A stretch of 63,944 bases of DNA, filler included, from Hyphochytrium catenoides (lineage: Eukaryota; Protista; Hyphochytriomycota): assembly GCA_900088475.1 (NCBI GenBank). It is 8 parts of 8 records of this genome, joined end to end, with 100 filler letters (N's around TTAATTAATTAA, not from the genome) between each part and the next. Parts side by side here need not be neighbours in the genome. Positions count along the whole stretch, not along the records: positions 59,584 to 62,125 come from FLMG01004049.1; positions 62,226 to 63,944 come from FLMG01000042.1; 6 more parts are not named here. One strand, 5' to 3'. Below, in pieces: positions 60,538 through 63,944 of the stretch. How positions within the stretch are numbered: position 1 is the stretch's first letter; each line of letters starts with the position of its first letter. Made by a program: the position numbers and the translations under genes. The notes below the pieces were generated by a model, which did not search any database, was not told where the DNA came from, and was given only the letters and a program-made list of their open reading frames with translations.

Positions 60538-62125
60538 TATCTCCCGTTGACTGATCTCCGCGATCACCCAACTCCAATACTTCTCTTACCCGTGATGGGC
60601 TTGCTATGGCTCCTATAGCGGCCCAGATAGACCCATTGCCTCTTATCCTGAAGAGAAGCAGGGGAATCCGCCTCCTGGAGCTTCTGGTCTGTGACAGTGA
60701 AGCGCCATACACAGACATAGAAGTCTGCGTCCGCTGTGGCCAGGCAGGACGAGTCAGGAGAGAAGCGTACGTCTGTGATGGTGGACTAGAGAGAGGCGTG
60801 AGTTTCTCTCAGAGCGGGACGGAGACACGGTGAAGAGTGAGAGGAATGACAGAACACCAGGGGGAGAGAGAGAGAGACGATGGCAAGGTGGACGTGGGAT
60901 AAGACGACAAGAGGGCACATATAAAGGAAGAGAGGAAAGACAATGGAGGAGCGTAATGTTGAAACAAAACACTGCCAAAATCATGGAACATGGTCCTGAG
61001 AGGACTGGCTTTTGAAAGGAATGAGTGACTATCAGAGCAGTGAAGAGACCGCGACCGGGGCAAAGAGAAGAGAAAGGGAAGAAAGAGAGAGAGGTGGAGA
61101 GAGCGAGCGATATGGAGACACACAGACACAGATCCCGTAACAACGTGTACCTGGCTCTGTCTGAAGGTGCTGATCTCCTCCAAAGTCCTCGCGTCCAACA
61201 ACTTGAGCACTCCGCTCGTGAAAGCGACCGCCAAGAGGTCACCAGTAGGAGAGAAAGAGAGACTCTGAGGCCGTAGCTTCGAGGCATCAAATTGCTTTGC
61301 ATTTAGAAGCTTCTTGTCTCTATAGTCCCAGAGCTGGAGCATCCCAGAATAGGAGGCAAACGCTGATAGATATGTGAAGACAGGGTTGGCGAGGGGGAAG
61401 AGAGAGAAAGAGAGACAGAGAGAGTCAGAGACAATTGAGGAAAGAGAGAGACAGATGGAGACAAGAGCCAGTAAAGAAAGGAAAGCAACTATGAGCAAAT
61501 GGCCACAACCGCAAGCAGAACAAAGCATTCTACCTAGCCACAGTCAGTCTTCTTCTTGGGTTTTTTCTTACCAATGTAATCCGCGGTAGGGTGTGCGGCT
61601 AAGCCGTGGATGTCATCTTCGACTCCTTGGACGAGAAGGACACCTCTTCTCCGGTCCGGAATGATCTCCTGGAAGAGACGCGCTTCTGCCTTGATAATGG
61701 ACGCCTGACTGGTACTCAGGACGAAATCTGGTTGGCAAGGGAGAGAGAGAGAGAGAGAGAGGGTATCATTGTGAGAAACGTGAGTGTTATAGGGAAAGAG
61801 AGAATGAGGCACCAAACGATGTAAGACCAACAGTGACCATGAAGGACGGAGGCAGGAGGAGCCAAACAAAAAGAGGAACAAGGAGCACGAAAGCGTGAGG
61901 AAGTAAACGCTTTCTTATGTAGGAAGCCAAGAAGCGAGAGCCATTGCCCAGAGAAAATGTGCTGAGTAGTCGTTCACCTGGGCACACAAATGTCTCTCCT
62001 GTAGGATCTTCTCGCTCTATTTTTGGGTCGCATGCAGCAAAGGAGATTGAAGTCACAGGCCCAGCGCTAAAGTCCTCAAACCACGCTTGCAGACAGAACT
62101 GGAAGTCAAAGAAGCGAACCTGGAC
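60011..62125 (-). CDS. CFAP251: Internal exons of a WD40 flagellar protein, CFAP251/WDR66-like (partial)
   Basis: Exons encode VRFFDFQFCLQAWFEDFSAGPVTSISFA; PDFVLSTSQASII...RRRGVLLVQGVEDDIHGLAAHP; SYSGMLQLWDYRDKKLL...LAVAFTSGVLKLLD; ITDVRFSPDSSCLATAD...WVYLGRYRSHSKPIT|GLEFG...LFSVAEDRTMVEYDL...RIEQ. Motif order matches my recollection of CFAP251. Confidence 0.82.
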
Positions 62126-62225
62126 NNNNNNNNNNNNNNNNNNNNNNNNNNNNNNNNNNNNNNNNNNNNTTAATTAATTAANNNNNNNNNNNNNNNNNNN
62201 NNNNNNNNNNNNNNNNNNNNNNNNN
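62126..62225. other. Artificial contig linker
   Basis: N44-TTAATTAATTAA-N44. Confidence 0.99.
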
Positions 62226-63944
62226 AATAAGCCGCTCAGTGTCTCTCTCGATGACCTCAAAGATGGAAAGTGAGAGCGCTCCAGTGACCACATTTGCCTT
62301 CTTTCCCTTAAAAGTGGCATCTAGGCTAGCCAGGTTGGTAATGTCAATGTCGATCTTCTTGTACACCTGCACGTACGAGCCGCAAAGAGATCAATCCAAG
62401 ACACAGCAGTGAAAGGGATGGCAGTAGAGAGAGCATCAATCAGGGTGCAAGGAAGAAAGGTCAAGAGTGTGATCCCACAGAAGAAATGACAAACTTGAGT
62501 TTGGAGTGTTGCATCATTTTGGAGAAGCAATTTAATGCTTCTTGGGACCTTAGGACATCTCTAGCGCCGTGCACTGCACTCTGTTACATATCTTGATGAC
62601 CCTGTCATCCCCGTATGAAGGTGCTTTTTGGGGCGTACCTCAACGTCTAAGCAAGAATTGATGCTTCTAACATCCCAAGTTTTCTCCACGCTCAATTCCG
62701 CGATATCTACTCTTTTTCCGTCCCTTCTGACCACTCCATCTTCAAAATAGATCCTAACATTGGGCACATACTCCAGATCTTTGATATCAGTTTTAACGTG
62801 GCCCTTAGTGGCTGAGCAGCCGTTGGAGCAGATGTGGACGTTCCTAGAGAATGAGAGTATGGCCGCTTTTTATCAGGAATGATGGCGTAGAGCGGACGCC
62901 ACTTGAGAAGGAATGGCAAACAAGAGAAGAGAAAGACGTGCCGGGGCGAGGAGGATGAGATATCTACAACCTGGAAAAGCTACAATGAAAGAGTCTTTGC
63001 ACAGTAAGAAAGGGAACAAGGAAATGCGGATTAGCATAATCACAGGCAGAGTGAGAGAGAGCGCGAAGTTGCCTCATACTTCAGCTTGAACTCTAGTGTT
63101 CCTCTCTTGAACTTCTTCGCCTCCCCAGTGAGAATATTTTCGTGATCAACGTAAGATTCCAGACTTTTGGTGGGATCCTCTGGCAGTATTCCCGACATCT
63201 TACGAGAGACTTTCGGACATGAACAAAAGAACGGAGACAGAGGGCAAAGGGCGGTGTTACGACAGGGCCAAACTGAGCCAATACATACTAACACGCCCAG
63301 AGACAATGTGAAGCAAGGTCAATAATGAACATAGTGGAGCTCTGTTAGTCCAAGCTGCACCAGAGAGTGCAAGGCCGTGTTTGCAGACAACAGATGGGGC
63401 TTGTTTGCAAACAAAAGAATGAAGGAATTGGATAAGAGCGAGTCGTACAAGTGGAGACAGCTTGCAATCCACTTAGCGTGTGAGTTGCAACAGATGGTGG
63501 ACCAGATAGAGAGAGGGAGGAAAGAGGCAGTGGCTGGGTATTACGTTTGCTAATCTGCCGGAATGGGTCCACCAGAACAGCTGATAACTGTTGGCCAGGA
63601 CTAATTAAGGCTGCCGCGGAGAAGGGAGAAAAAGTGAAGGTAACTTCCATAGTTATGGCTTCCTTTTGGTTTGTCCCTCCTATGGGCGTCAAAGTAATGC
63701 TTTGTGCCTCACTTTTGGGCTCCCGCTTCGCCACCAATCGTCGAAGGTCAACCAGAGCGGAAGCAATGGGCGAGGTAGAGGAGGCCCCGAGAATCTCAAG
63801 TAAGAGAGAGGGTGCCTGGAGCGCGTCTGAATGGCGAAGCGCCATCGGGGGAGACGGTACGGCATCTTGAGTAGCAGGTAGTGGACACTCAGATACCTCC
63901 CCATAAGGCTGCAGAGTACATTTGACCTATTGCGTTCAGAGCAA
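62226..63944 (-). CDS. Internal fragment of an unidentified multi-exon gene; the first exon looks like the C-terminal half of a C2-type beta-sandwich
   Basis: Successive protein-like minus-strand ORF segments near splice-like sites (LLLEILGASSTSPIASALVDLRRLV...EVTFTFSP; KSLESYVDHENILTG...LEFKLKY; VRIYFEDGVVRRDGKRVDI; VYKKIDIDITNL). Exon boundaries not fixed. Confidence 0.55.

Overview
Eukaryotic genomic DNA, not prokaryotic: spliceosomal GT-AG introns, long (GA/TC)n tracts, no CRISPR, rRNA or tRNA that I can support. The host is probably a flagellated protist (CFAP251/WDR66 present), and stramenopile-like by my reading of the PIP5K, kinesin and RPL32 sequences; this is inference. The window is an artificial concatenation of 8 contigs (1-26126, 26227-42391, 42492-46771, 46872-53141, 53242-55720, 55821-59483, 59584-62125, 62226-63944) joined by 100-nt N44-TTAATTAATTAA-N44 linkers, so adjacency across linkers means nothing. 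Contig 1 carries a SAYSvFN (SAYSD1-like) gene fused to a SEC-C zinc motif, a PIP5K, a C2+U-box protein, a kinesin, a mitochondrial CGFS glutaredoxin, a CTGTCAG higher-order repeat and a micro-exon-containing LRR gene. Contig 2 carries a secreted-protein cluster: a 932-aa Ser/Thr/Ala/Pro/Glu-rich protein with ten DGSADWE-type motifs, a related secreted acidic protein sharing an SP-HLRS-acidic leader, and a fungalysin (M36) with a long RxL-rich linker insertion. Contig 3 carries a decayed Ty3/gypsy element (short LTR, PBS, ~350-bp inverted duplication of the gag 3' end, dead RT) and an intronless bacterial-type haloacid dehalogenase. The later contigs carry RPL32, an unrecognised >826-aa multipass membrane protein, part of CFAP251 and an unidentified spliced gene fragment. 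The best candidates for something new are the secreted DGSADWE/HLRS/M36 cluster, the SAYSvFN-SEC-C fusion and the retroelement hairpin. Most short ORFs in the track are microsatellite or antisense artefacts. All gene models were built by eye and no database search was run.
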